A DNA stretch of 63,600 bases, counting the filler, from Conidiobolus incongruus B7586 (taxonomy: Eukaryota), in assembly GCA_000697335.1 (NCBI GenBank). It is 14 parts of 14 records of this genome, joined end to end, with 100 filler letters (N's around TTAATTAATTAA, not from the genome) between each part and the next. Parts side by side here need not be neighbours in the genome. Positions count along the whole stretch, not along the records: positions 24,913 to 29,315 come from JNEM01000571.1; positions 29,416 to 33,777 come from JNEM01000572.1; positions 33,878 to 39,155 come from JNEM01000573.1; positions 39,256 to 43,728 come from JNEM01000574.1; 10 more parts are not named here. The stretch is one strand, 5' to 3'. A model generated the notes under the pieces. It saw only the letters and a program-made list of their open reading frames with translations, was not told the DNA's origin and did no database searches. The position numbers were made by a program, and so were the translations under genes. Shown piece after piece: positions 27,273 through 40,146 of this stretch (positions are counted from its first letter, which is position 1; every line of letters starts with the position of its first letter).

Positions 27273-30200
27273 GATTGTGTTCAATTTGAAAGTTTGAGGA
27301 ACTCAATGAATGCTAAGCAATATTTATATACCAAATTCCGGTGAATTTAATCAGGTGATATTCAGACATTGGGTAAATTAAAATGAAATTGAGATTGATT
27401 TGACAATGAGTTTTATCTATCAGCTAATCATCGTATGAGGGTTGATATAATGATAGAAAGGAGATGATCAGGGATCATGATCCGCAGTAATTCTGAGTCA
27501 ACTAGATAGCCTCTTTTTTCTAATTTAAGTCAATCGCGCAAATTAAATGCCGTTTTTCACCGAATTTGATTGGCTAATACATATTAGAGTTTATATTATT
27601 CAAGATTTATGATGATTTAATTAATAAGGACAAGAAATTTCAATATCTGATATCAATTTTCATAACTCGTATTAACAGTAAACAATACTTTAATTAAAGT
27701 TTCAATAAATACAACTTGTCTCATCCACTATTAATTCAGTTATCACCTTTATCGAATTCTACTTAGGATAGCGAACAACATTTTATTTCAGAACGCTACC
27801 TGTTTTAATATAACTGATAATTCACGTGAAGCATTTAAAAATTTAGTTGCACTTAAATATCACTCATCATCTTATCGTTCTCATTATTTCAATCAACTAT
27901 GATTCATGCTAAATAATCACATTTTCTATTCAGTTTCAGTATTTTTACTAATATATAATAGTATGAAAATCCACAAAATCATAGGATATATTTGATTATC
28001 ATATACAAGTAATGTGATAATATTTCAAGTTATGACATTTTATTAATAAAATTATGTATTTTGATAACCTTATCAACTGAATAATCAATTCAACAAGCTG
28101 ATTACGGTGATCGATATTGATCTATGATTAAGCATATCAGTGTAAATCTATCAAAGTATTCTAGTTTAATAGTTATAATTTAATTAAGCTATTCTAAAAC
28201 TACTTTATTTTTGTCTACATAACATTAATCTTTCAATAATATAATGTGATATTTTTCATTATTAAATATGAACAATTAATTTATAAATCAACCACATGTC
28301 AAAATTTATTCCAATACACACATATTTTTTTTGATAAGATCAATTTTCTATTTCGTTATGATTAGTTTAAGTACAATCTAGAGAAATTTCCAAATGGTCC
28401 ACAGTTATGATGTATATACAATATATAAACCCAATAATACTATATAAAATCAAATCAACTTTAAATATTTGACATCTATAAATGGATTTACCTAATTTAG
28501 ACTTTGGCTCAATATAAAAATTTTCAAGAATTAAATCAAAATTGTGATATTGGATAAAAATGTCTAAATGGATAAATATCAAAGGATTTATCAAATATAT
28601 CAAATAAAAATATTATCAAACAATGAATTAAAGGAAAACACTTGATAGCATTCATCTCTTTTTATAAACAGCGCTATACCATAATATCCATCATAATCAT
28701 ATCAGCTTTATACTTATAATGATGACTCACTTATAGCCTTGATATTTTTTTTATTTATTCATATAACTTGTTTAATAAAAAATACTTCATTTCCAAGTCA
28801 TTTGAATTTTTTACATATGAATTCTATACTTCAATTTAAAAACGTACCATAATTTAAAACAATCAAGAATTATAAAATTATAAATAAGGTATATCTTTAA
28901 TGAAAATTTTATTTTAATTTATTTGAATAATTTTTAAATTTTAATATTGATATAACTTATATAATACTACCAAATTATGGATCTATTTATTTTTATTAAA
29001 TTTTTTTATGACTTTTAAAAATAAGCTTAAAACCTACAATTGGACTTATTAATAATATATATTATTAATTAATATCTTAAAATATTCATATTATAATTAA
29101 AAAATAAATATAATAATATGTTATATCAAAATAAATTATCATAAATTTAAATAAGCTCTAATAAAAATATATTTAAAAAGCTATTAATATATTCATTATT
29201 TCAAATAATATATAAGATATTTTTATTTTATAATATTTTATATTTTAATAATATTATAATAAATTAATTTAGATTTATTAGGAATAGATTTTATACTTAT
29301 AATTATTTAAATTATNNNNNNNNNNNNNNNNNNNNNNNNNNNNNNNNNNNNNNNNNNNNTTAATTAATTAANNNNNNNNNNNNNNNNNNNNNNNNNNNNN
29401 NNNNNNNNNNNNNNNATCAAAAATCAAAAAAATTTATCTTTTTTATTATAATAAAATATAAATATTAATAAATTAAATAAAAAATTCTAAAATAAAATTT
29501 TTGATAATATATTATTATAAAAATATATCTTTTAAAATTTTATATTTTATTGCATTATTTAATATATTATTACATATCTATCCAATTAATCCATATATAT
29601 TTTATCTTTTATGTTAATTTACCCATAATTTACCTTTTATCCTATTTTCCCCTAAATTGATCCATTTATATCCTAATACCAAGGGAGGGAAAATATAACA
29701 AGGATTTATCTAGCTATTTATCTATCTATCTTACTGTCTATTTACCTATTTATCTGAAGGAATTAACTCCAAGTCTTATCAATAACTTTCAATAAAATTC
29801 CATATAACTATATCCTAATCCTATAACTTACCCATATTCCAACTTAATTCAATACAACTATCCTAATTTCCAATACTAGGATAATATATATATATTTTTA
29901 TATTAAAAATCAAATAATTATAATTTTTGTTTTCTTTAAAATTATATTAAAATTTTTTTTATAGATAATTAGTTTATTTCAAATATCAATAAATTGATTA
30001 TCTGGAGAAATAATAATAAAGGTAATATATTAAATGAATGATAATTTAATTAATATTGATTATTTTGAATTAATAATTAAATAAAAATAATAATATAATT
30101 TATATTAAATTATTATTAAAATTCTAATATATTTCAAATTTTAATAATACCAATAATATCTAGAATTATTTAAATTAAATTTGGTTTTGGATTAAAAATA

Positions 30201-30486
30201 AATTACATAAGTAGTATTGATTAAAATCTGAGAATATATTATGATTGATTAATATTATTTAAAAATAAACTTTTCAAAATATTTCATAAATTGATATTTA
30301 CTTAGGAAATAAATGGATTATTTATTTAAACTATATAAATAATTACACTTTAATTATTTGAATCATCATTAAAAATAATGATAATATTTAATAATAAATT
30401 ATTAATAAAAAAAAATAAAACTAATAAAATATATGTTATTTTTATTGAATTTTTTAAAAAATTTAGATAAGGTAAATTTAATTGGA

Positions 30487-30494
30487 TGACGTCA
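30487..30494. promoter_or_regulatory. CRE/ATF palindrome TGACGTCA about 65 nt upstream of thioesterase A
   Basis: Perfect palindrome in an otherwise nearly C/G-free promoter. Confidence 0.45.
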
Positions 30495-30558
30495 CTTTAA
30501 CTTAAATTAATATAAATAATAGAATGATTCTTGAATAATTTTTAAATAATATTTTAAA

Positions 30559-31830
30559 ATGAAAAATTCATCAAATAATAATAATAATCACAATAATAAT
30601 CTTACAAACAATATTCCAATTAATCTCAACAAAAGTTATATAACTTTTACTCAACAATTACCTACCAACCAAACTTCGAATGAACCTATCAGTTCGAGTC
30701 AAATATTGAGTCAATTGGATAATTTAGCATGGTTAAGTTTTGTTAAGCTGTTAAGGGACGATCAAAAACATTACGGTGTAACTAAATCTATAGACCAGTG
30801 CGAATTCTTTAGAGTCGTCTATCCTCAGGATTTGTTACATTTTGAAGTAATAGTAGTAAAAGTATGGCATAAAAGTTTAGAATTAAATTTAAAATGTTTT
30901 ATTATTGAGGAGAAAGGATTAAATATGTAAGTAATATTAAATATTATAAAATGATTAATTAATAATAAAGATTTAGAGTTTGTAATTGTTTTTTCACTTA
31001 TGTTAAAGTACCAGAATTAGATGGTAAAATGATAGGTGATCAATTTCCTCAGAGTATTGAATATTCTAATAATATTATGAAACAATGGTCAAATTTAAGA
31101 AATAAAAATAAATTAAAAAAATTTCAAAGATTAAAATTAGTTCATTGGGATAAAATTAGAAATTATTTTAAGGTAATAAAATTATAAATATATTTAATTA
31201 AAATTAATCAAGATAATTAGGATAATGCCTTAGTTCAAAAAAATCCAACGTATTGCAACTTGATGGAAATTGTGTGTCCCAAGCATTTGAATGGTGATGG
31301 CAATTGTTTTGGTGGCGAATTGTTACGTTGGATGGAATTCACTACTAGATCAAGTCTTAAGAGATTTTATAGTAATTATCAATTTCAATTGAAGAGGTAT
31401 TATATAATATGTATACCAAATATCCAACATTATTAACTCATATTAGATTAAATCATTTCCAATTTTTTAAACCTATAATATTAAATGAATTCGTAGAGTT
31501 TCGTAGTATAATAATTAATACTGATAATCATGATAATACTGTGGAAGTGTATTGTATAGGGTTTAAATATAGGGAATATCCTATTACATTGGAATTAATT
31601 ACTGAGGGATTTTTTACTTATTGTAATTTATATTTTATATTTTTTTATTCAATTGTATTAATATTGTTTATTTAGCTCTTGTAGATAAGGATTATCAATC
31701 AATTAAAGTGAAATTAACAGAGTGTCCTATAACCAATAATTTGGAGAGAGAATTATCCAAATGGTCACAGCAAAATCCCGCTCCAAATTTAAATCAATTG
31801 GATATAGAATGTATTCAATCTAAATTATAA
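30559..31830 (+). CDS. Double-hotdog acyl-CoA thioesterase (ACOT/YciA-like), paralog A, C-terminal PTS1 SKL; 5 exons: 30559-30926, 30971-31172, 31221-31396, 31447-31622, 31676-31830 (358 aa)
   Basis: Spliced frame is open (1077 nt). Hotdog motif VCPKHLNGDGNCFGGELLRWME, VTKSIDQCEFF, and CFFTYV / EGFFTYS strands. Ends ...IQSKL*. An alternative in-frame acceptor ending at 30976 is possible. Confidence 0.85.
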
Positions 31831-31860
31831 TAATAAAAGTTTATTTTAAGTTAATTATCA
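31831..31860. terminator. 30-bp shared 3' spacer with AATAAA on both strands
   Basis: AATAAA at 31832-31837 (+) and 31840-31845 (-) between the two stop codons. Confidence 0.4.
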
Positions 31861-33106
31861 TTAAAGTTTAGAACCATTTAATTCAAAGAGAGTAGGAGAT
31901 TGAGGATTCTTCAGTCGATTAGCTCTTCTCTTTAATGCCAAATCAAATAACGTTTGCTCAGCTGCATTTCTAGGTTGAACTTGTTTGTTGATTTTTTGGG
32001 GTTTACCATTGTCATCAACAGATACTAAATCAAATTTAATAATTGTTAAATGTTAAAAGATTAATTGAATTTACCAAATGTAAAGAATCCATCATTAATT
32101 AAAAGAGTTTTCTGGTCGTCTTTATAATTTGCTTCGACGGTGATGTACACTTCACAACTTGTGTTGAATGTGCGCGTAACTATACTGCGAAATATCAGTC
32201 CATCTCCTAATTTTGATGCTTTGAAGAATTGGGTTTGTTTCATACTATCAAATATAGTTAATTTTAATTGAATGTTTTTAAAGTGTTATATATTACTTGG
32301 CTGTTAATACGTGATTTCCACAGAATTTAGCACCACACATAGCGGCACAAGTTTCCATCCAATTCAACAATTGGCCCCCAAATGTATTGAAAGAGCCGTT
32401 GGCGTGAAAGGGCATCACAATCTTAGTCATTTGAATATATGTAGGATTTTTGGTAGCTTCATTATCCGACTACAAACTAGTTATTATACTATATTCAAAA
32501 TTTACATAATAATAAACTTACAAGTAAATAATTTCTAAAAACAGTATTTATATCTTTCAACTTCTTCTCATTTTCGATAGTCTCCTGACGTCTCAAACTT
32601 CTCTGCTTATACAATTTCTCCAATTCAGGTGTTCCTGGTAAAGTTGGAGGCAACCTAACTCTATCATACTCGTCAACAGGACCAGATACGAGTACAAAAG
32701 TTAGAAAACATTGACAGCCTAAATAATTATTAATATAGATTCAAAAGAACTTATATCATAATTTACATAAAGTTTTAGTTTCGTCTTTTTCAACCTTAAA
32801 TAGATCAACCTGAAGTTCTACCGATGTATTCCAAGCACCACAAACCTGTGATTGGACTAAAACTGCATCGCCAACTTTTAAAGAAGTGTAGAAGTTCAGT
32901 TCGTCCACGCTCCTTGTGACGTATTGGTAGAAGCCTTTGCCCCTCAGGAATAGGAAAATACTTTGGGTGGCTATCAAATCTACAACTGACAGAACGTAAC
33001 CAGCTCGGCAGAACCCTTTACTGTTCCCAGCATTCACAGGAATTAATTCCCAACTGTAGATGAAGGAATCTTTGTATTGAATGGTTTGTTTGCTTACTCT
33101 TTCCAT
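31861..33106 (-). CDS. Double-hotdog acyl-CoA thioesterase, paralog B, C-terminal PTS1 SKL; 5 exons: 33106-32767, 32718-32522, 32469-32297, 32244-32075, 32024-31861 (347 aa)
   Basis: Spliced frame is open (1044 nt). Motifs VTRSVDELNFYTSLKVGD, AWNTSVELQV, VMPFHANGSFNTFGGQLLNWME, TFNTSCEV, FFTFVSVDDNGKP. Ends ...NGSKL*. Confidence 0.9.
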
Positions 33107-35149
33107 TATTTTTAGTTTTATAAAAAAATTTTTTTAATTCCTTAATAAATTTATAAAGTATTTATATATTTATTTTTATATCCACTTTGTGTTTTGAAAA
33201 TTTATTTTAAGGGTTTTTTTTTCATTAGAATTTTTATTTTTTGGAAAAATTTAAATTTTTAATATAATTTCATATGTTAATTTAATGTAAGTTTAAATAT
33301 TAAAAATTAATTAATATGGTAATACTTGTTCAAAAAATTTTTCAAATTAATTAAAAATTTTCTCATATTATTTAAAAAAAATTGTTAAAATATTTTGAAT
33401 TAGAGAAAAGGGTTGATTGTATGTCAAAATTCAAATGGGACACAATAACCAAATTTTAAAAAAATCAATTTCTTAACAAAAAATTCAATTTTCATTTTTA
33501 TAAATAAATTGTTGATTATTAAATAGAACTAATAGATCGGTAGATATATATGATTAATCTATTTTGGTTCATAGTCAATTTGTTTAAATAATCAAAATAA
33601 TATATTAATAAGTAAAATATATATTATTGTATTCTTTAAATTATATTTATTCTATTAAAATTATTTAAAAGAAAATATTTTATACTATAATAGCGTAATT
33701 ATTATTTAAATCATTTTTTCAAATATATACTAAATAATATTTAATTTTTAGATATTTAAAAATATTTTGACAAATATNNNNNNNNNNNNNNNNNNNNNNN
33801 NNNNNNNNNNNNNNNNNNNNNTTAATTAATTAANNNNNNNNNNNNNNNNNNNNNNNNNNNNNNNNNNNNNNNNNNNNATAAATTTTAATAAATAAATAAA
33901 TATTTTAATTATAAGTGAATATTAATTATTATAATAAATTATAATATTATATAGTTTTTTTATTTAATATATCAATGAAAATTAATTAATAATAAATTTT
34001 ATATTATCTCTTTAAATAAAGTAATTTTTAAATAATATTCTCAATATAAGTTAAAAATACTTATTATTTGGCATAATAATTGTAAAATATATTAAGTTAA
34101 AGTTATAGGAGATTTATTATATAAAAAAATAAAAAGAGTTATTATATCTAATATATTTACTTGATTTTAACTTATATAATTATAATTGTTTTAAATAATT
34201 AAAAAAATAACATACAAAAAAATAATTCCTGCAAATATATTAAAATTGTTTGAGAAATATCAAGTTTTAATCTTTAATAAAAAGAATTATTTTTTAGATA
34301 TTAGAAACTTACTAAAGGTATTGAAAAGAGTTATTAATAATAAAAAAAGCTAATATTTCTATATTATTCATTAATCTCTATATATTATTTATTAATTTAT
34401 TTGTTTAATTTTAATTTCAAAATTTTACCATTATTTAATTTTTATACTAATATATTATTTGGTTATAGACATTATATATATAATTCTAGCAATAGTCTTT
34501 TTTTATTTTAAATTTATAACTTAAACAATTGAAATTTTCAAAATAAATAATATATAGCCTATATTAAATTATAATGATATATAAATAATCATTATATAAT
34601 TATTTTTCCTAAGATGAATAAAAAAACCTAATAATAGTATAAAAATTTTAAAATATATATAATTTTGATTCAAACTAAATAATAGAAAAAGTAATGTTAA
34701 AATGTTCATATTTTGAAAATTTATTATTTGAATTTTACTTTATTTTGTTATATCTCTGATCCAATTTTTTTTTAGAAATTTAATAAATTATAGAGTTATA
34801 TAAAAGGATTTGGTATTATATGTTTATTAGTTTTTAATATTATATCAAATATAGCTGAATTATATATAAGAAATTACTTATTATTCTAGTTTAATTGCAA
34901 TATAAATACACATAATATAAATGTATTTTCTATAGTAAATTTATATTATTCTATCTTAAATATATATTAATATACAAAGTGTTCCAATATATATATTTTT
35001 GAAATTTGACATAAATATCATTTGGACAATTAATAATTAATTTAATAAATCAATATATAAATATTATAACATCAGAATGAAAATTTATTTTATATAATAT
35101 TAAAACAAAATAAAATATTTCCAGGCATGTTTTATATAATTGTTTTTAT

Positions 35150-37250
35150 AATAAACATTATTTACATATAATAATATTAATTTCATTTTTTAATATTCAA
35201 ATATACTCAAAAATTCTATATGGTAAATTTCTAATTTGAACAAAAATTGATTAAAACTTCTAAAAGACATATTGGTATCAATTCTAAACAATATATTAAC
35301 CAAAACATATATCACTTAATATTAAGTATATTTAGATTAATATAGTCTAATAGTAATAATCATGTTTTGAATATATTATTATAATTGTTAACTTTCAAAA
35401 CATTATTAATAGAGAAATGGTTATTAAATTTTATATTGTTTTTGGGTATATGAGGGATATATTCACATTTTTCAATATCAATTGATATTTAAACAGAATT
35501 GAAATTTCTTTCAAAAATTAACATTGAATAATAAATTAATTTAAAATAAGAATGATTAACTATAAGCTAGATCCAAATATTTGCAGAAACTTTAGATAAA
35601 AACAATATAATTTCAAAATAGCAAGAGGATTTATAAAAAAGAATTGATTATAATGTAAATATAAAAAGAATATAATAAAATTATACTACACAATAATAAA
35701 GTTGTCAATCATTATATTGAATTTTTTGTTATATCATTTTACTCATGATTAATTATATAATTATATTATTTGAATAATAGGTATGAAATCAGTAAATAAG
35801 TTAAATTCCTTCTATTTTAAAAGGATCTGCTTTTTAGCTAGTTTGAAATAAATGCTTATCAATTGTCATTTCACAAATATTAAATAATATTTAATATAAA
35901 TTTAGGTTATATATCTAATCAGTATTGATGACCATATATTATGGTAAATTTAATATAATTATATTTTAAGCATTAAATCCTTGAAAAACATTCAAAAAGC
36001 AAGAAACTAATATGAAAATTTAAAATAATTTTATAATGAATTATATTGAGAAATAATATTGACTATATAAATTAAGAAATATTTATTAAAATTCAATATT
36101 AAATTGAACTATTTTTGTATATAAATAATAGCTTAAAAGAATTTATAAACATAATAACTGTTTTTATAAAAAATTGGTAATATTTATATGAAAACTCATC
36201 AGAGCAAATGGGAGATATATAGCCTCTACTTTTTGGTTAATATAGGGCTAGTACTTAAACCTTGGTATTTAGCTTAATTATTTTAAATATAGAATATTAC
36301 CTGCAAATGCTTTGAATGAATGAAATTAGGCTCAAGTCAAAGGAAAATATATCTAACATATAGAAATATTAGATTATTTCTATATTTTTGACTTTATTCT
36401 AAAAATTCAATAAATATAATTAGATATTATGAAATTAATAAGTATATTGAATTAAATTAAGAGTTTCATAAAGAATTGTATAGAGTCACTTTGAATAAGC
36501 TATTACCAAATTTGAGATTATTCTTCTAATATGATAATTTATTTGATATTGAATTAAGTAATTATTTATGAATATCTAAAAGCTCTATATAACATATATT
36601 CAATGTGATATAGTGTTTAAACATATTGCTATCTAACTTTTTAACCAAGTATAATAATTTTATTTATTATGACAGAGCAAGTTTATAAGTATATATTAAG
36701 TTACCACTAAAATTTAATTATATAGCTCTCTTTAGGTTATATGTTCATTATCATGATATTTTTTCTCTAGATAGTTTGATAGATATTTATCTAATCTAAA
36801 AGGCATAATTTACAATATTTAAAGATCATTATATATTCAAAATGATATATACATTCTTATAATTAGGTGGGATTATTTTACTATCAAATTTTAATATTTA
36901 TATCCAAATAGTAAAATATTCTTAATTTAGCATTAATATATTAAAGTTAAAAATTTAATTTTTAATGATGATTTATCAATCAATACTTGAGATTTATTAT
37001 AAGATACAAAGAATATCCAAATTATAACTCTTTATATAGTCTGCTATAATTTATTTAATTAATATATTAATCAGATAACAATGATTTAGATTTTTTAAGA
37101 AATTAAATTTAGACTATAATGATCTTATCTTATTAACCAATAGATTACATTAATGAAACCTAGCTACATAATAATAATATCCTTAGAATTTATATAATTA
37201 ACAATATAAAGATTCTTCAATTATTACTTTTCTAGAAATTTTCTTAAAAT
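35150..37250 (-). mobile_element. Ty3/Gypsy LTR-retrotransposon pol relic (RT-RNaseH-integrase order)
   Basis: Ordered minus-strand remnants IIADYIKEL (DYRxLN), EYFTIWI (GYxQI), IMPFRL (MPFGL, ~36800), ILG*KV, *SF*IFINNY (SFLGxxNYY), then integrase-like LFNVNF*KKFQFCLNI (~35520). Heavily decayed; boundaries approximate. Confidence 0.55.
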
Positions 37251-37829
37251 TCTCAAAATCACTCAATTTAAATTTTTTGATACTTTTATATATTACTATG
37301 ATTTGTAAAATTATATCTTACTACTTTAACTATTCCTTAGTATTTTAATTTTATCTAATTAAGATATTTAATACTATCTCTCTAATTCATTTCAGTCTAT
37401 ATTAATATCTGAGGAATCTAATTTATAAGTAATTTATATAAATCTAGATTTGTTTTCAAATTATTTAAAATTAGTAGAATTGAAAAAATTGTTAATTTCT
37501 ATTGTACCTTACAATAATTTATATTTAACATTATTAACTAGTGAAGAATATTGTAATAAGACTTGATTAATTTAAAACCTTTACATTTAAATATTTAGTG
37601 TATTTGTAAGTGTAGTGGTAGTTAAACTAATATAATATAGAGGAAAACTTAATATAAAAGTAGTGTGTATTGAATATAATAATATAACATAGCTATAATG
37701 TGCAAGTGTAAACAAAGTTTAATTAAGTTTTAAACTAAGATAAGTTATTAATATATTAAGATTTATATTAGGTATTGCTAATATCCTATAATATTAATAG
37801 AATATAGTTTCAATTTTAAAAATAATGTA

Positions 37830-37995
37830 AAAGTAAAAAATAATAAGAATTGAGAAGAAAAAAAAGAACCTAGTTTATTAAATAATTCAATACTATTTAT
37901 TCAATTAATTTAACTATATAAGTATAAATTAATCATATAATTTATACTTAATTGGATTATATAAAAATATATATAAGAATTTAAAGAACTAGTTC
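37830..37995. repeat. Diverged direct repeat with 39320-39490 (possible LTR/UTR fragment)
   Basis: Shared agaacctagt.tattaaataatt.aatactatttat and attatataaaaatatatata(ta)agaa. Confidence 0.6.
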
Positions 37996-39319
37996 CTTAA
38001 CAATATTAAATAATTTAATTGCTAAACCTTTTATGATATTTACTTTTCTCTAACTTACAAGATAATAATTTTAATATAATTTGAGCATCTTTATGAATGT
38101 GAAAAAACATTCATTATTATTTATTTAATCAAATAAACTAAATTAATTTTCTAATAAGGTTTATATACTCAACTAATAGTTTCTTTTCTATTATTATTTT
38201 GAGGAAATTATATCAAATAATTGTGGTTTTAAATTTGTTTATATTAGTCTGTTTTTATATAGATGAAATTTATAAAATTTAATGATTGGTTAACAAAGTT
38301 AACAAAATAATATTGACATTATTGAGAATCAATAAAATAATATATTAAATAGTTTAATAGATTAATTTATAGCTATATTATATCTTAGCATAATAAAAAT
38401 ATATTTCTTTATATTTTTTTTAAATTAATTAAATTTATTTTTATTTAATTAACTTCTAATTTGAATTTGTTATATTATCTAATTAAAATATTCACAAAAA
38501 TTTAGATCTAGCTATTTTATTATACTGACTTGATTATTGTACTTAGAATATTATACTTAGAATATATTTCTCTTGATTTGTCTAATAAATTCTAAAATAC
38601 TCAATATTATACTCAAACTTGATAATCTTGAAATATTTTTCTAATTTATGTTTAGTTTATAAATATTACTAATTTATCACTTTTTATAAATAATAGGATA
38701 TTTAATTGAAAGTATAGTGAATATTAATAATAATAATAAATAGATAAATTAAAAAAATTTAAAAAAAATTGAATAAGTTTTGTAATTTTTATTTGTAATT
38801 TTATTTTTGGATTTATATAATATAATATATTAAAATATTTTATCAATTTTATGTCAAATATTATTATATTTATTCAGATAAAGTGATTCTTGATTTTAAT
38901 AGTGATTATTTTTGATTAGATAATAATTTGGAATTATAAAACCATAATAATATAAGTGATAGCATAGAATAATTATTTTTAAAGAAATTTATCGATCAAT
39001 GAACCATTTAATTATAGGATTTGATATATTTTTATAAATTTTTTCACAAATCATAAATATCTATATTTTTTTATTTATTTTGTAATTATTTAATAATTTT
39101 TTAATTATATTAATATTATATGTAAATAATATATCTTTTAATAAATATTTAATTANNNNNNNNNNNNNNNNNNNNNNNNNNNNNNNNNNNNNNNNNNNNT
39201 TAATTAATTAANNNNNNNNNNNNNNNNNNNNNNNNNNNNNNNNNNNNNNNNNNNNATATAATATAATATTAATATAATATAATATAATATTAACAAAATA
39301 TAAACTTAATCTAATAAAT

Positions 39320-39490
39320 AGTAAAAAAGATAAGAAATAATAAAAGCTAAAAGGAAAAATAGAACCTAGTCTATTAAATAATTTAATACTATTTATATAA
39401 TTAAAATGGCTTTAAAGATATAGATTAAATAGTTTATTTATTTAAATGAATTATATAAAAATATATATATAAGAACTTTGAGTATTAGTT
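39320..39490. repeat. Diverged direct repeat with 37830-37995
   Basis: Same shared blocks as the 37830-37995 copy. Confidence 0.6.
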
Positions 39491-40146
39491 TGTTTACATT
39501 AGTAAATTTAGATAATTAAATCATTAATCATCCTATATTGATTTAAATTTATATTACTAAATTTGTAATATGATTGATAATTTTATATAATTTTCTATCT
39601 AGATAATATCCTTGATTTTCTTAAATATTTTATTATTTAGTGAATTACTTATAAATTATATGTATAATAATAACAAATATTAAAAAATATAAATATATAT
39701 TTAAATTATCCATACTAATATATAATGAGAATATTGGCGAAGTTCTTTTATTTTTAAATATATTATTAAATATTAAATAATATCAAAAGAAATATCCTTG
39801 AGCCTTTGGAATTAACTTTGATTATTAATAATTAAGAGATATAAATAAGGTTTAAAAAATGAGGCACTATCCTTAATCTATTAATCAAATATATTAATAT
39901 GATTAAATTTCCATTAATTTAAATTTAAATTTAAATTGGCATTTTATAATAAATATATATAATTTATTAAGAATTAATATAAACATAAAAATATAAATTT
40001 AATAAATCGTCTCTTGATAATAATTAAACACGTATTCACTAATATTTTGGGTATTTGAATTTATATTAAATAAAAATAGAATATAAATTATAAATATTGA
40101 TTATCAATCTAAACTTGGAATATCATTATAATTATAATAAAATAGA

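Noticed and set aside
29600..29880. Strand-skewed tracts with short CCTA/GATAA-like words (also 10070-10250 and 52080-52140), possibly telomeric or solo LTRs
   Set aside because: No regular repeat unit, TG..CA termini or target-site duplication could be established.
35560..36000. Plus-strand LINE RT-like words (NNIISK*Q..GFIKK, IDD)
   Set aside because: Motif spacing is inconsistent; the minus-strand Gypsy RT/integrase reading explains the region better.
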